A stretch of 64,000 nt of DNA. Origin: Eledone cirrhosa. Its lineage: Eukaryota. Below the pieces are notes generated by a model. The model made no database searches, had not been told where the DNA came from, and saw only the letters and a program-made list of their open reading frames with translations. The position numbers and the translations under genes are program-made. The stretch is from positions 16,368,001 through 16,432,000 of the forward strand of contig OZ024748.1 in NCBI GenBank assembly GCA_964016885.1. The letters run 5' to 3'. Shown here piece after piece: positions 51,462-63,976 of this stretch (position 1 is its first letter; every line of letters starts with the position of its first letter).

Positions 51462-54359
51462 CAGATATGTAACCTTACCATCATGAGCTGAACACTAACC
51501 ACTCAGATATGTAACCTTACCATCATGAGCTAAACACTAACCACTCAGATATGTAACCTTACCATCAGGAGCTGAACACTAACTACTCAGATATGTAACC
51601 TTACCATCAGGAGCTGAACACTAACTACTCAGATATGTAACCTTACCATCAGGAGCTGAACACTAACCACTCAGATATGTAACCTTACCATCAGGAGCTG
51701 AACACTAACCACGCAGATATGTAACCTTACCATCAGGAGCTGAACACTAACCACGCAGATATGTAACCTTACCATCAGGAGCTGAACACTAACTACTCAG
51801 ATATGTAACCTTACCATCAGGAGCTGAACACTAACCACTCAGATATGTAACCTTACCATCATGAGCTGAACACTAACTACTCAGATATGTAACCTTACCA
51901 TCATGAGCTGAACACTAACCACTCAGATATGTAACCTTACCATCAGGAGCTGAACACTAACTACTCAGATATGTAACCTTACCATCAGGAGCTGAACACT
52001 AACCACTCAGATATGTAACCTTACCATCAGGAGCTGAACACTAACCACGCAGATATGTAACCTTACCATCAGGAGCTGAACACTAACCACTCAGATATGT
52101 AACCTTACCATCAGGAGCTGAACACTAACCACTCAGATATGTAACCTTACCATCAGGAGCTGAACACTAACTACTCAGATATGTAACCTTACCATCAGGA
52201 GCTGAACACTAACCACTCAGATATGTAACCTTACCATCAGGAGCTGAACACTAACCACGCAGATATGTAACCTTACCATCAGGAGCTGAACACTAACCAC
52301 TCAGATATGTAACCTTACCATCAGGAGCTGAACACTAACCACTCAGATATGTAACCTTACCATCATGAGCTGAACACTAACCACTCAGATATGTAACCTT
52401 ACCATCAGGAGCTGAACACTAACCACTCAGATATGTAACCTTACCATCATGAGCTGAACACTAACCACTCAGATATGTAACCTTACCATCAGGAGCTGAA
52501 CACTAACTACTCAGATATGTAACCTTACCATCATGAGCTGAACACTAACCACTCAGATATGTAACCTTACCATCAGGAGCTGAACACTAACTACTCAGAT
52601 ATGTAACCTTACCATCATGAGCTGAACACTAACTACTCAGATATGTAACCTTACCATCAGGAGCTGAACACTAACCACTCAGATATGTAACCTTACCATC
52701 ATGAGCTGAACACTAACCACTCAGATATGTAACCTTACCATCAGGAGCTGAACACTAACCACTCAGATATGTAACCTTACCATCATGAGCTAAACACTAA
52801 CCACTCAGATATGTAACCTTACCATCATGAGCTGAACACTAACTACTCAGATATGTAACCTTACCATCATGAGCTAAACACTAACCACTCAGATATGTAA
52901 CCTTACCATCATGAGCTGAACACTAACTACTCAGATATGTAACCTTACCATCATGAGCTGAACACTAACTACTCAGATATGTAACCTTACCATCAGGAGC
53001 TGAACACTAACCACTCAGATATGTAACCTTACCATCATGAGCTGAACACTAACCACTCAGATATGTAACCTTACCATCAGGAGCTGAACACTAACCACGC
53101 AGATATGTAACCTTACCATCAGGAGCTGAACACTAACCACGCAGATATGTAACCTTACCATCATGAGCTGAACACTAACCACTCAGATATGTAACCTTAC
53201 CATCAGGAGCTGAACACTAACCACTCAGATATGTAACCTTACCATCAGGAGCTGAACACTAACCACTCAGATATGTAACCTTACCATCATGAGCTGAACA
53301 CTAACCACTCAGATATGTAACCTTACCATCAGGAGCTGAACACTAACCACGCAGATATGTAACCTTACCATCAGGAGCTGAACACTAACCACGCAGATAT
53401 GTAACCTTACCATCATGAGCTGAACACTAACCACTCAGATATGTAACCTTACCATCAGGAGCTGAACACTAACCACTCAGATATGTAACCTTACCATCAG
53501 GAGCTGAACACTAACCACGCAGATATGTAACCTTACCATCAGGAGCTGAACACTAACCACGCAGATATGTAACCTTACCATCAGGAGCTGAACACTAACC
53601 ACTCAGATATGTAACCTTACCATCATGAGCTGAACACTAACCACTCAGATATGTAACCTTACCATCAGGAGCTGAACACTAACTACTCAGATATGTAACC
53701 TTACCATCAGGAGCTGAACACTAACCACGCAGATATGTAACCTTACCATCAGGAGCTGAACACTAACCACTCAGATATGTAACCTTACCATCAGGAGCTG
53801 AACACTAACCACGCAGATATGTAACCTTACCATCAGGAGCTGAACACTAACCACGCAGATATGTAACCTTACCATCAGGAGCTGAACACTAACCACGCAG
53901 ATATGTAACCTTACCATCAGGAGCTGAACACTAACCACGCAGATATGTAACCTTACCATCAGGAGCTGAACACTAACCACTCAGATATGTAACCTTACCA
54001 TCAGGAGCTGAACACTAACCACGCAGATATGTAACCTTACCATCAGGAGCTGAACACTAACCACTCAGATATGTAACCTTACCATCAGGAGCTGAACACT
54101 AACTACTCAGATATGTAACCTTACCATCAGGAGCTGAACACTAACCACTCAGATATGTAACCTTACCATCAGGAGCTGAACACTAACCACGCAGATATGT
54201 AACCTTACCATCAGGAGCTGAACACTAACCACGCAGATATGTAACCTTACCATCAGGAGCTGAACACTAACCACTCAGATATGTAACCTTACCATCAGGA
54301 GCTGAACACTAACCACGCAGATATGTAACCTTACCATCAGGAGCTGAACACTAACCACT
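51462..54359. repeat. 42-bp tandem array, 69 units, derived from a tRNA-SINE head
   Basis: Unit cagatatgtaaccttaccatca(g/t)gagct(g/a)aacactaac(c/t)ac(t/g); register kept from 51462 to 54318 (2856 = 68 x 42); right flank ccactaagcca = reverse-complement A box TGGCTTAGTGG. Confidence 0.95.
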
Positions 54360-54644
54360 AAGCCATACAAACAGATTGGAAAAACTGTTGTAGAAACTAA
54401 CAATATCTCTGTATCTACTGTTACATACAATTTAAATAAACAGCAATTAATAACTAGATACAAGTGTTTACATTTACATTATTTCTTTTATCAAGTGTTT
54501 ATAAAACACCACCACAACAACAACAACTACTACTACAGTAACACCAACAATTAGGTATTGATAATTTTATTCATAATACCTGTCTGATATATATTTTTTT
54601 TACTGAATGTATTAATGTGTCTAGTGAGTGTTGGCTAAGTGCTA

Positions 54645-54890
54645 TTGTTGTTGTTGGTGTTGGTGGTTTGGTGTTGGTGTTGATAGTGATGGTGTTGTTG
54701 TTGGTAGTGATGTTGGTGTTGTTGTTGTTGGTGGTTTGGTGTTGGTGTTGTTGGTGGTTTGGTGTTGTTGTTGGTAGTGATGTTGGTGTTGTTGGTGTTG
54801 GTAGTGATGTTGTTGGTGTTGGTAGTGATGTTGGTGTTGTTGGTAGTGATGTTGGTGTTGTTGTTGGTTTGGTGTTGGTGTTAGTGGTGG
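54645..54890. repeat. (GTT/GGT)n simple repeat
   Basis: Directly visible. Confidence 0.9.
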
Positions 54891-55021
54891 AGGAATGAGG
54901 TGATTTTTATTAAAGGTGATGAAGGAGAATATATTTGTGTGGTAGAAGTTGATATATAACTGAAAGTAGAAGATATATATATATATGTATGTGTATATAT
55001 ATATATACATGTGTGTATGTG

Positions 55022-55060
<39 letters not shown>

Positions 55061-55089
55061 GTGTGTATGTGTATATATATATATGCATT

Positions 55090-58000
55090 AATTGCTGAAA
55101 TATGAATCTGCGAGCTACCAAGCACCCACGTGAAGCGCCAACCCAGAGACCCTCCCCTACGAGTGTCGACAAATGCCCAAAACTCCGAGTTGGTACCATC
55201 AATGTAGGCTCAATGAAAGGAAGAGCAGGAGAAATCGTAGAAATGCTAGAGCGAAAGGAAGTTGATGTATGCTGTGTGCAAGAGACTAGATGGAGAGGAG
55301 GGTCTGCTAGAGTCCTTGTAGGAAAAAGCCAGTGCTACAAATTTTTCTGGGTGGGAAATGACGATGGGATGGGTGGTGTAGGTATACTATTAGCTGACAA
55401 GTGGGTAGATAAAGTAATCTCAGTGTACAGGGTAAATGCAAGAATCATTAAACTCAGACTAGTCCTGAATAAGACAATTACCACAATAATATCAGCTTAC
55501 GCACCCCAATCAGGGCTGCCAGACGAACTTAAGGATAGGTTTTACGAGTCCCTAATACACACTACTGCTCTAACAGACGACAAGGACTTCCTAATCATTG
55601 CAGGAGATTTTAACGGACACGTAGGTAAACACTGCGACGGCTTCAATAGAGTACATGGAGGCCATGGAGTTGGCACAAGGAATGAGGAAGGATTCAGACT
55701 TCTAGAATTCTGCGACGCCAATGACATGTCGATATGTAACACAAACTTTAAAAAACCCGACAACCACCTGATCACCTATAGATCAGGGGAGCACTCTAGT
55801 CAGTTAGATTTTATCCTCATCAGAGGACGTGACAGATGGACGGTCGTAAACACAAAAGCCTTCCCTAGTGAGGAATGTACATCCCAACATAGCTTAGTTG
55901 TCAGCGACCTCACGGTCAGAACTAGACGAGCCCTGAAACAGAGGCCAACCTGGAGAAGAAAGATCTGGAAGCTGAAAGTCCCCTCAACCAGTAACAGATT
56001 TAAAGATATTTTACTCAACGCCTACGACAGTAAAGAAGAACAGATAGAGACATTTAACGTAGAAGAGAACTGGGAGTTCCTAAAAAATAACTTACTAGAG
56101 GCGACGGATGAGGTTTGTGGCTGGAGTAAGACCTCAAGCAGGAGGAGAGTGACTTGGTGGTGGAACAATAAGGTAGATGAAGCAGTCAAGGCCAAGAGAC
56201 AGGCATGGAAAGAATGGAAGAACGGGGGGAGCAGGGTACATTATATAGAGACCAAGAGGGAAGCTAGGCGACAAGTATACTTAGCTAGGAGGGAAGCAGA
56301 GGATAGAAAATTCAAGCATGTTTTACAACGTGAGGACCAGAAACAGGAGGTATTCAAGATTGCGAGGCAGTGTGTCAGAGATAGTTGTGATGTCATTGGA
56401 GAGAAGTGTATCCGGAATGATAAAGGTGAGCTTGCCCTCACAAGTGCTGAGAAGAAAGATGCATGGAAGAGTCATTATGATAGATTACTAAATGAGGAGA
56501 ATGCATGGGAAGAAGAGACCCTACCCCACGTAGACCCTATAGAGGGACCAGCAGTACAAGTCAGCGGCAGCGTAGTAAGTAAGGCAATCAGAGATATGAA
56601 GATAGGGAAGGCAACCGGTCCATCGGGTATAGCTGCCGAGATGCTGAAGGCATCTGGGTCTGTAGGTCACACTATAACCACACGTATCGTTAACCAGGTA
56701 ATACTAGAGGGGGCCATACCAAAAGATTGGTGCAGTAGCATCATTGTCAACTGCTACAAAGGTAAAGGCGATGCACTAGATAGAGGAAACTATAGAGGTA
56801 TAAAGTTGATGGACCAGGTCATGAAAGTAACAGAAAGAGTTATAGCACAGCTGATTAGGGACCGGGTGAATATAGACGAGATGCAATTTGGGTTTGTTCC
56901 AGGGAAAGGCACCACTGATGCGCTCTTCCTTGTGAGGCAATTACAGGAAAAGTACCTAGCTAAAAGTAAGCCACTCTACTTGGCATTTGTCGACCTTGAG
57001 AAAGCCTTTGACAGAGTTCCACGTGCAGTAATCTGGTGGGCTCTTAGAAAACTAGGAGTAGATGAATGGCTTGTGAAAGCGGTACAAGCCATGTATAGGG
57101 GAGCAGTCAGCAAAGTTAGGATTGGCAATGAGTATAGCGAGGAATTTAGCGTACAGGTTGGGGTCCACCAGGGCTCTGTTCTTAGCCCTCTCCTGTTCAT
57201 CATAGTCCTGCAGGCAATAACGGAGGAGTTTAAGACCGGATGCCCATGGGAACTCCTGTATGCTGATGACCTCGCACTCATAGCTGAATCTATGGTAGAA
57301 CTAGAGAATAAATTCCAAACCTGGAAGCAGGGACTAGAGAGAAAGGGCCTCAAAGTCAACATGACAAAGACTAAGGTCCTTATAAGTAGACGAGAAAACA
57401 GAACCCAGATCCCCTCAGGGAAATGGCCTTGCTCAGTATGTAGGAAAGGTGTAGGTAGGAACTCCATTCTTTGCCCCAAATGCAAACAATGGGTACACAA
57501 GAGATGTAGCGGGATCTCAGGAAGCTTAATTAAGAATGTAGGATTCACATGCAGCAGCTGTGCTGAAACAGCAAGCAAACAGCCACAGGAAACAAGTACC
57601 ACCAATCTCTGGGAGGGCCCTGTAGAAACAGTAGACAGCTTCTGCTACCTAGGTGACCGAATTAGCAACGGAGGTGGGTGCTCAGAAAGTACAATAACTA
57701 GGGTAAGAACGGGATGGAAGAAGTTTAGGGAACTACTACCACTGCTAGCTGCAAAAGGCTTCTCCCTCAGAATGAAAGGCAGACTGTATGATGCGTGTAT
57801 CCGAACAGCGATGTTGCATGGTAGTGAGACCTGGGCGCTGAAGGTGGAAGACTTACGTAGATTAGAGAGAAACGAAGCCTGCATGCTCCGATGGATGTGT
57901 AACAGTAATACACGTGAACGACAAAGCATAAATGAATTGAGAGAGAGACTGAGCATAAGAGGAATCAAATGCTGCGTGCAGGAGAGGCGGTTACGCTGGT

Positions 58001-58525
58001 ATGGACATGTGATGCGTATGAAGGATGACAGCTGCATAAAAAGGTGCAGAGCACTAGAAGTTGATGGAAACCGCGGAGTGGGGAGACCCAAGATGACTTG
58101 GGATGAGGTGATAAAAGCCGACCTTACCCAACTACACCTCTCAAAGTCAATGACACACGACCGTGACTTCTGGCGTCACGCAGTAATACAGTGTACCCGA
58201 CCTCCCATGGGTACATGCTGAAGCATATAAACAATATGCCCCCCCCCCCCCCACCGCAAGGTGGTCGTGGAGGTGCCACGGCAAAAAAGCACCCAGCCCA
58301 CACTGTAAAGTGGACGTGTAGGCGCCACGAAAAAGCACCCAGCACTCACTGTAAATGAGGTTGGTGTTAGGAAGGGCATCCAGCTGTAGAAATCAAGCCA
58401 GATCAGTTCCTGTATGAGCAAGGCATGGTCAGCCGACCAGACACTGCCCACAACAGGACAACCCGTCTAACCCATGCTAGCGTGGAAGAACGGACGTAAA
58501 ACGGTGATGATGATGATGATGATGA
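55090..58525 (+). mobile_element. near full-length RTE LINE, family 1
   Basis: Intact ORF, ~280-bp 3' UTR, (GAT)n tail, both ends in TA/TG microsatellite; little or no 5' UTR visible; TSD ambiguous. Confidence 0.92.
55102..58221 (+). CDS. RTE-clade non-LTR retrotransposon protein (APE endonuclease, reverse transcriptase, PHD-type finger), 1039 aa, uninterrupted
   Basis: EN motifs GTINV, VQETRW, SAYAP, GDFNGHVG, QLDFIL, SQH; RT motifs NYRGIKL, QFGF, FVDLEKAFD, GVHQGSVLSPLLF, YADD, FCYLG; RTE C-terminus LRWYGHVMR..GRPK.TW..DRDFWR. Confidence 0.96.
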   Translation: MNLRATKHPREAPTQRPSPTSVDKCPKLRVGTINVGSMKGRAGEIVEMLERKEVDVCCVQETRWRGGSARVLVGKSQCYKFFWVGNDDGMGGVGILLADKWVDKVISVYRVNARIIKLRLVLNKTITTIISAYAPQSGLPDELKDRFYESLIHTTALTDDKDFLIIAGDFNGHVGKHCDGFNRVHGGHGVGTRNEEGFRLLEFCDANDMSICNTNFKKPDNHLITYRSGEHSSQLDFILIRGRDRWTVVNTKAFPSEECTSQHSLVVSDLTVRTRRALKQRPTWRRKIWKLKVPSTSNRFKDILLNAYDSKEEQIETFNVEENWEFLKNNLLEATDEVCGWSKTSSRRRVTWWWNNKVDEAVKAKRQAWKEWKNGGSRVHYIETKREARRQVYLARREAEDRKFKHVLQREDQKQEVFKIARQCVRDSCDVIGEKCIRNDKGELALTSAEKKDAWKSHYDRLLNEENAWEEETLPHVDPIEGPAVQVSGSVVSKAIRDMKIGKATGPSGIAAEMLKASGSVGHTITTRIVNQVILEGAIPKDWCSSIIVNCYKGKGDALDRGNYRGIKLMDQVMKVTERVIAQLIRDRVNIDEMQFGFVPGKGTTDALFLVRQLQEKYLAKSKPLYLAFVDLEKAFDRVPRAVIWWALRKLGVDEWLVKAVQAMYRGAVSKVRIGNEYSEEFSVQVGVHQGSVLSPLLFIIVLQAITEEFKTGCPWELLYADDLALIAESMVELENKFQTWKQGLERKGLKVNMTKTKVLISRRENRTQIPSGKWPCSVCRKGVGRNSILCPKCKQWVHKRCSGISGSLIKNVGFTCSSCAETASKQPQETSTTNLWEGPVETVDSFCYLGDRISNGGGCSESTITRVRTGWKKFRELLPLLAAKGFSLRMKGRLYDACIRTAMLHGSETWALKVEDLRRLERNEACMLRWMCNSNTRERQSINELRERLSIRGIKCCVQERRLRWYGHVMRMKDDSCIKRCRALEVDGNRGVGRPKMTWDEVIKADLTQLHLSKSMTHDRDFWRHAVIQCTRPPMGTC

Positions 58526-58551
58526 TATGTGTGTATGTATATTTGTGTGTG

Positions 58552-58595
<44 letters not shown>

Positions 58596-59864
58596 CAGAA
58601 CATCTATGAAGAACTGTTGATAAACACTCACACAGACAGTCACACAAATACACACACACACACACACATATACAATTTAGTTAATCAAGGTGGGCACATA
58701 GCGTTACATGTAAAATAAATATTAGCAAACTTGTACACAGAAAAACGAATATGGAGGATGAACAAAGAAAAGTATCTACTTTCCTCATCAACCACTCTCT
58801 GGAAATATAATTTTGTGCGTAAGACTGGTATTATAGTATTATTACTTCTAGTAATAATATGCAGAACAGATCGAAAGAACAACTACTGGATGGTGTCCGA
58901 TGGGGAGGGTGTAATATAAGAACATAAAAACAAACAAATGAAAAATATACACAGTTATGATGGAACATTTGGGAAAAAATACATTATCAATGTAATTGTA
59001 AAAGTCTAAAGTCTGTCTTGAGGATGGAAGCTCATCGCGGCAGTGCTTATCCTGGTTTCTGTGGCATTATGACAAAGTACAAAACTCCCGAACCCCTGGA
59101 CATGATGCCAGTCCATCGCAGAGTTAAACACTGCAGCTCTTGCTGCTGATACTCATTTTCAGCTGTGTGTACTGGAACAATATGAAATGAAGTGTTTTGC
59201 TCAAGAACACAACACACAACCTTGAGTGGAAATCGAACCAACGACACTATAACCCTGAATCTAACACCCTTACCACTAGGCCATACTAGACTCCCCACTT
59301 TCCATTACAGTGTTAAATTCCCAGCTACTGCAGGTCCGTATTTTCAGCTGAGTATTCTGTAACAATATAAGATGAAGTGTTTTGCTCAAGAATACAACAC
59401 ACAACCCAGTCAAGGAATCGAACCCACAACATTATGATCATAAATCCAACACACTTACCACTAGGCCACACACCACCACATCTGAGTCAACTGGATAAAC
59501 ATGAAATGATGTGCTTTATTCAGGTGCACCATGCATCACCTTCTCTTGGAATTAAACCCATCACTTTGTTATTATGAACCCAAGAGACCCCAACTATCCA
59601 ATCACGCACTTTTATATCAGAAACTTGGTATGGTAATATGGTCCTGTAAGGGCACTGTAGGGGCATATGACATTTCTTGGGCATTTCTTTCAAACCTGGT
59701 GGAGCCCATCTCTTCTCCAGGTAATCTAAAACACAACATTTTGCAAATTAGATAATTCCTAATGTCATGATGTAAGATGTGATAACAAAGAAGATAGAAG
59801 AAGCAATAGTAAGGCTTTCAGATATTCATTTAAATCTCAAATATGGTTTATTTTATATCCAGAA

Positions 59865-60055
59865 TAATTGTTTCTACTTTTGGCAGAAGGCCAGCAATTA
59901 CCCAGTGCATTACTGGTACTTTATTTTATCGACCCCGTAAGGATGAAAGGCAAAGCTAACCTCGGCGGGATTGGAACTCAGAATGGCAAGGGCCGTAACT
60001 CTATGCATCAAAACATGGCATCCGACCCTCTACCAATACTGCCAATCCACCGCCC
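59865..60055 (-). mobile_element. SINE family B
   Basis: 16-bp TSD ttatatccagaataat (59853-59868 / 60056-60071). Confidence 0.92.
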
Positions 60056-60756
60056 TTATATCCAGAATAATGAGAGATATTTCAGAGGTAAATCCAGTTG
60101 GTATACTTCCGGCCATCTTAGATTTAACTCACAGAGCATATATTAACAAAGAAATAAGTCACCAAGTTCAACAGTTAATACATTCCTTATTTGATCTACA
60201 CATGTTTCATTCCCTTTGGATATTACTCACAATATCCTTATAAAGAAATCATCGGGACCAATAATATATATAACATATTAAGGAGTTTTAATTACTAATT
60301 TATATATTCCATAACCGCATGCTTCAGTTGTAAATTGTGAACAGTTTTTTTTATAAGGTTATGGAAGGTTAGAAATGCCAGAATTATTTAACAGTACTCT
60401 TCATAAAAGTTGTTTTTACCTGGCATTACTGGCAATATAATCTACGTCAGTCATTAGTGCAACTATATTAATATTTACTGAAGTTATAATCAAATTTAAC
60501 CTTAGTATATAGTTTGAGCGTTAATGTTATGAAGTCTATGGAAACAAGTAATGGTTAAATTATCTAGGGTTTATCAAAGTTTATTTTATTAGGTTACCTA
60601 TATGTACCAGTTTCTTTTACTAAATATATGTAACCACCGACTACTCCCACTTGTACATGTAGCCAAACATATATGTACAGACCCCCACGTCCTTACACAC
60701 ATACCTATATGGACACACACACACACATATATATACATACATACATATATGCATAA

Positions 60757-60789
<33 letters not shown>

Positions 60790-60796
60790 TATATAT

Positions 60797-61059
60797 TTAC
60801 AATCCTTCTGTCCATAAATGCGTACATACATTTACAAATAAACATATATTCATACCCATATATATATATATATATATATATGTGTATATATATATATATA
60901 CAATCTTTATGTCCATAAATGCATACATACATTTACAAATAAACATACATTCATACCCATATATATATATATATATATATATATGTGTATATATATATAT
61001 ATACAATCTTTATGTCCATAAATGCATACATACATTTACAAATAAACATACATTCATAC

Positions 61060-61095
<36 letters not shown>
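60797..61095. repeat. ~105-bp tandem triplication with (TA)n spacers
   Basis: acaatc(c/t)tt(c/a)tgtccataaatgc..tacccat at ~60799, 60900, 61003. Confidence 0.85.
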
Positions 61096-61102
<7 letters not shown>

Positions 61103-61396
61103 TAATCATTCAATATATATACACTGAATAATCATTTAAGTTATTTAAGTTATATGAATAAATTTTAAAAAAACAAAAAACTAATTGAATTCTGTCTGAA
61201 GTTGATTTTATGTGTAGTTGTTAACAAAACATCATACCACCAGAGATTTCCTATTTTCCGTTTAATGTATGAGAAAGACAACTAATCTGGACAAAACCAT
61301 TATAAATATTTATTTCAATTACGCTGTTGGTACTAACAAATAAAAGAAATATTCTTGGTTCACCAGTTGAGTTGAGTTGAAACGTTAACAAAGGCA

Positions 61397-61832
61397 TCTA
61401 CCAATAGGTGTTTGCATGACAAACTAGAAATAGCACACTAATTCCCCTCATCAGATTATTTTAAAACCCCTTTAGACAGCAAGCCATGTATTTTAGCTTT
61501 TTTCTGTTTTTTTTTTGGTTTTTTTTCTTAATTTAAACAGAGCAAACCAGGGAATCTACTAATAGGTGTTTGCATGACAAACTAGAAATAGAAACTAATT
61601 TCCCTCATCAGACCATTTTAAAACTCTTTTAGACAGCAAGCCATGTATTTTAGTTTTTTTTTTTGTTTTTTTTTTTAGTTTAAACAGAGCAAACCAGGGA
61701 ATCTACCAATAGGTGGTTCCATGACAAACTAGAAATAGCACACTAATTTCACTCATCGGACCATTTTCAGACCCTTTTGACAGCACACCGTTTTCTTTTA
61801 GTTTAGTTTTTTTTTTTGTTTTTTTTTTTAGT
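61397..61832. repeat. ~150-bp tandem triplication
   Basis: atctac(c/t)aataggtg..atgacaaactagaaatag at ~61397, 61554, 61701. Confidence 0.85.
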
Positions 61833-62061
61833 TTAACCCTTTATCATTTAGATTACTCTATATTTACTACTGTATTTTTGTGGTAAAGGCTTTATCTCAC
61901 CTAATTATCTCACAAAATATCAAATCTATGAGATTTTGATATTATTCATTTTCAGAACAATACCTTAACATAAGTATGAGTGGCCAGTTACGACTGATTT
62001 GAACAGAAAGAGGTGAGAGAATTCTGGCCAGATATGGCTGGTTTAAATGCTAATGGGTTAA
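61833..62061. mobile_element. TTAA-flanked piggyBac-like MITE (homologs ~47985-48166 and 63948-63977)
   Basis: ttaaccctttatcattta ... taaatgctaatgggttaa TIRs. Confidence 0.75.
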
Positions 62062-62479
62062 ACAGAGTTAACATAAGGTTTTACCCATATGTATTCACAC
62101 AATTAGCTAGAAATAACTAAGAAAATTCCCTCATATCGCAATATTAAACATCATTTATTCTAAACTATCCTAAGAATTAATCTCTGGACAGATTTTACAG
62201 GCAAAACCAACTGGAAGAAGACCCAGGTGTAGACTGAGCAAAATAGTTGGATAACATCCATGAGCTAAGCTGATCTTATTTGGAGATAAGACAGAACAAT
62301 TGGAGATGGTTGCTTCTGACAGGACCCACTGATTGATATTTTATCTATAGATTTTATCCATTCATTGAGACTAATTAATATTTAATTATTTATAAACTGC
62401 TATTTGTTGAGCTGTGTCAGATGGTCTTTTGGCTGCTATTTCTAGCAGTATTATAAGTCGGTCATGTAGTTCTAATATT

Positions 62480-62867
62480 GTTTCTACTTTTGGCACAAGG
62501 CCAGCAATTATCCAATACATTACTGGTACTTTATTTTATCGACCCCTTAAGGATGAAAGGCAAAGTTAACCTCGACAGGATTTGAACTCAGTCCGTAAAG
62601 GGACATAACTCTATGCTGGAAAGCATAGCGTCCGACTCTCTACCGATACTGCCAATCCACTGCCCTGTAGTCCTAATATTTGTTTCTACTTTCGGCACAG
62701 GGCCAGCAATTACCCAGTGCATTACTGGTACTTTATTTTATCGACCCCTTAAGGATGAAAGGCAAAGTTAACCTCAACAGGATTTGAACTCAGTCCGTAA
62801 AGGGACATAACTCTATGCTGGAAAGCATAGCGTCCGACTCTCTACCGATACTGCCAATCCACTGCCC
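62480..62867 (-). mobile_element. tandem pair of SINE family B copies bounded by three TSD copies
   Basis: tgtagt(t/c)ctaatatt at 62465-62479, 62666-62680 and 62868-62882. Confidence 0.92.
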
Positions 62868-63178
62868 TGTAGTCCTAATATTAAGAGACATTTATTCATG
62901 TAACAGTTCAATTACACGTGTTCTTGTACAGCATGCATGACCAGCAACAGGTATGTAGAATTTCATGATAAATATGGTCTCTTTAAATTGAAGAATACTC
63001 CCCTGACGATTTTGTGAATTTTTTCAAATATTCGTCTTTTCCAATAGTTGCTTCTTCCAACGATTTAAACCATGGTAAGGAGATCGGTATATAAGTGAGA
63101 TAGCCTAAACCTTGGGGGGGGGGGGTCTGTTTGTCTAATACTCCCATAAATAGAGTTTTTTCACTCAAATTTAATATG

Positions 63179-63225
<47 letters not shown>

Positions 63226-63340
63226 TATATATATATTTTTATATATATCATCATCATCATCGTTTTAAGTCCATTTTCGACGCTAGCATGGGTTAGATAT
63301 ATATATATATATATATATAAATATATATTAATATAGATAT

Positions 63341-63389
<49 letters not shown>

Positions 63390-63539
63390 CACATATATAT
63401 GTATACACATATATAAATGCATATATCTACATATATATATACACATAAATATGTATACATATATATATATACACACAAATATATATACATACATATATAT
63501 ACACACATATATGTATACACATAAATATATATATACATG

Positions 63540-63608
<69 letters not shown>

Positions 63609-63976
63609 ATATGTACACACACACATACACATATACATACATGTATATATTTCTTTGTTCTTGCCATGTTTACATAGATCTGAAAATTCAGATATTTGTA
63701 TATTTGCATGACTTAATGAATTATCAGAACTAAAATTTCAAAGCAGGCTCTTTACAACTTCAATGTTTACTATGAAATGATAAAATGAAAATAATCACAA
63801 AATGTTTTCAACAATATAATGTGATTTGGCTCCAATACATAGAGCAATGCCATAAATATAATTATAATCACACTAACAAAGGGATCTTCTACATGGCAGC
63901 TAGATGAGCTAGAAAGAGCAACACCTACAATTATCATCAGCCTCGATTTAACCCTTTAGCATTTAAATCGGCTATA

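Noticed and set aside
51462-54359. CRISPR-like array or 14-aa repeat protein
   Set aside because: No unique spacers and no cas genes; eukaryotic context; most units carry a stop in the longest frames
55542-58091. Antisense ORFs over the LINEs (also 40232-42095 on the plus strand)
   Set aside because: Shadow frames of the RTE coding sequence
61445-61760. CTGATGAG on the minus strand of the 150-bp repeat as a hammerhead
   Set aside because: No stem II followed by GAAA and no matching stem I
62983-63168. 61-aa non-repetitive ORF
   Set aside because: Non-ATG start, short, and no recognisable motif
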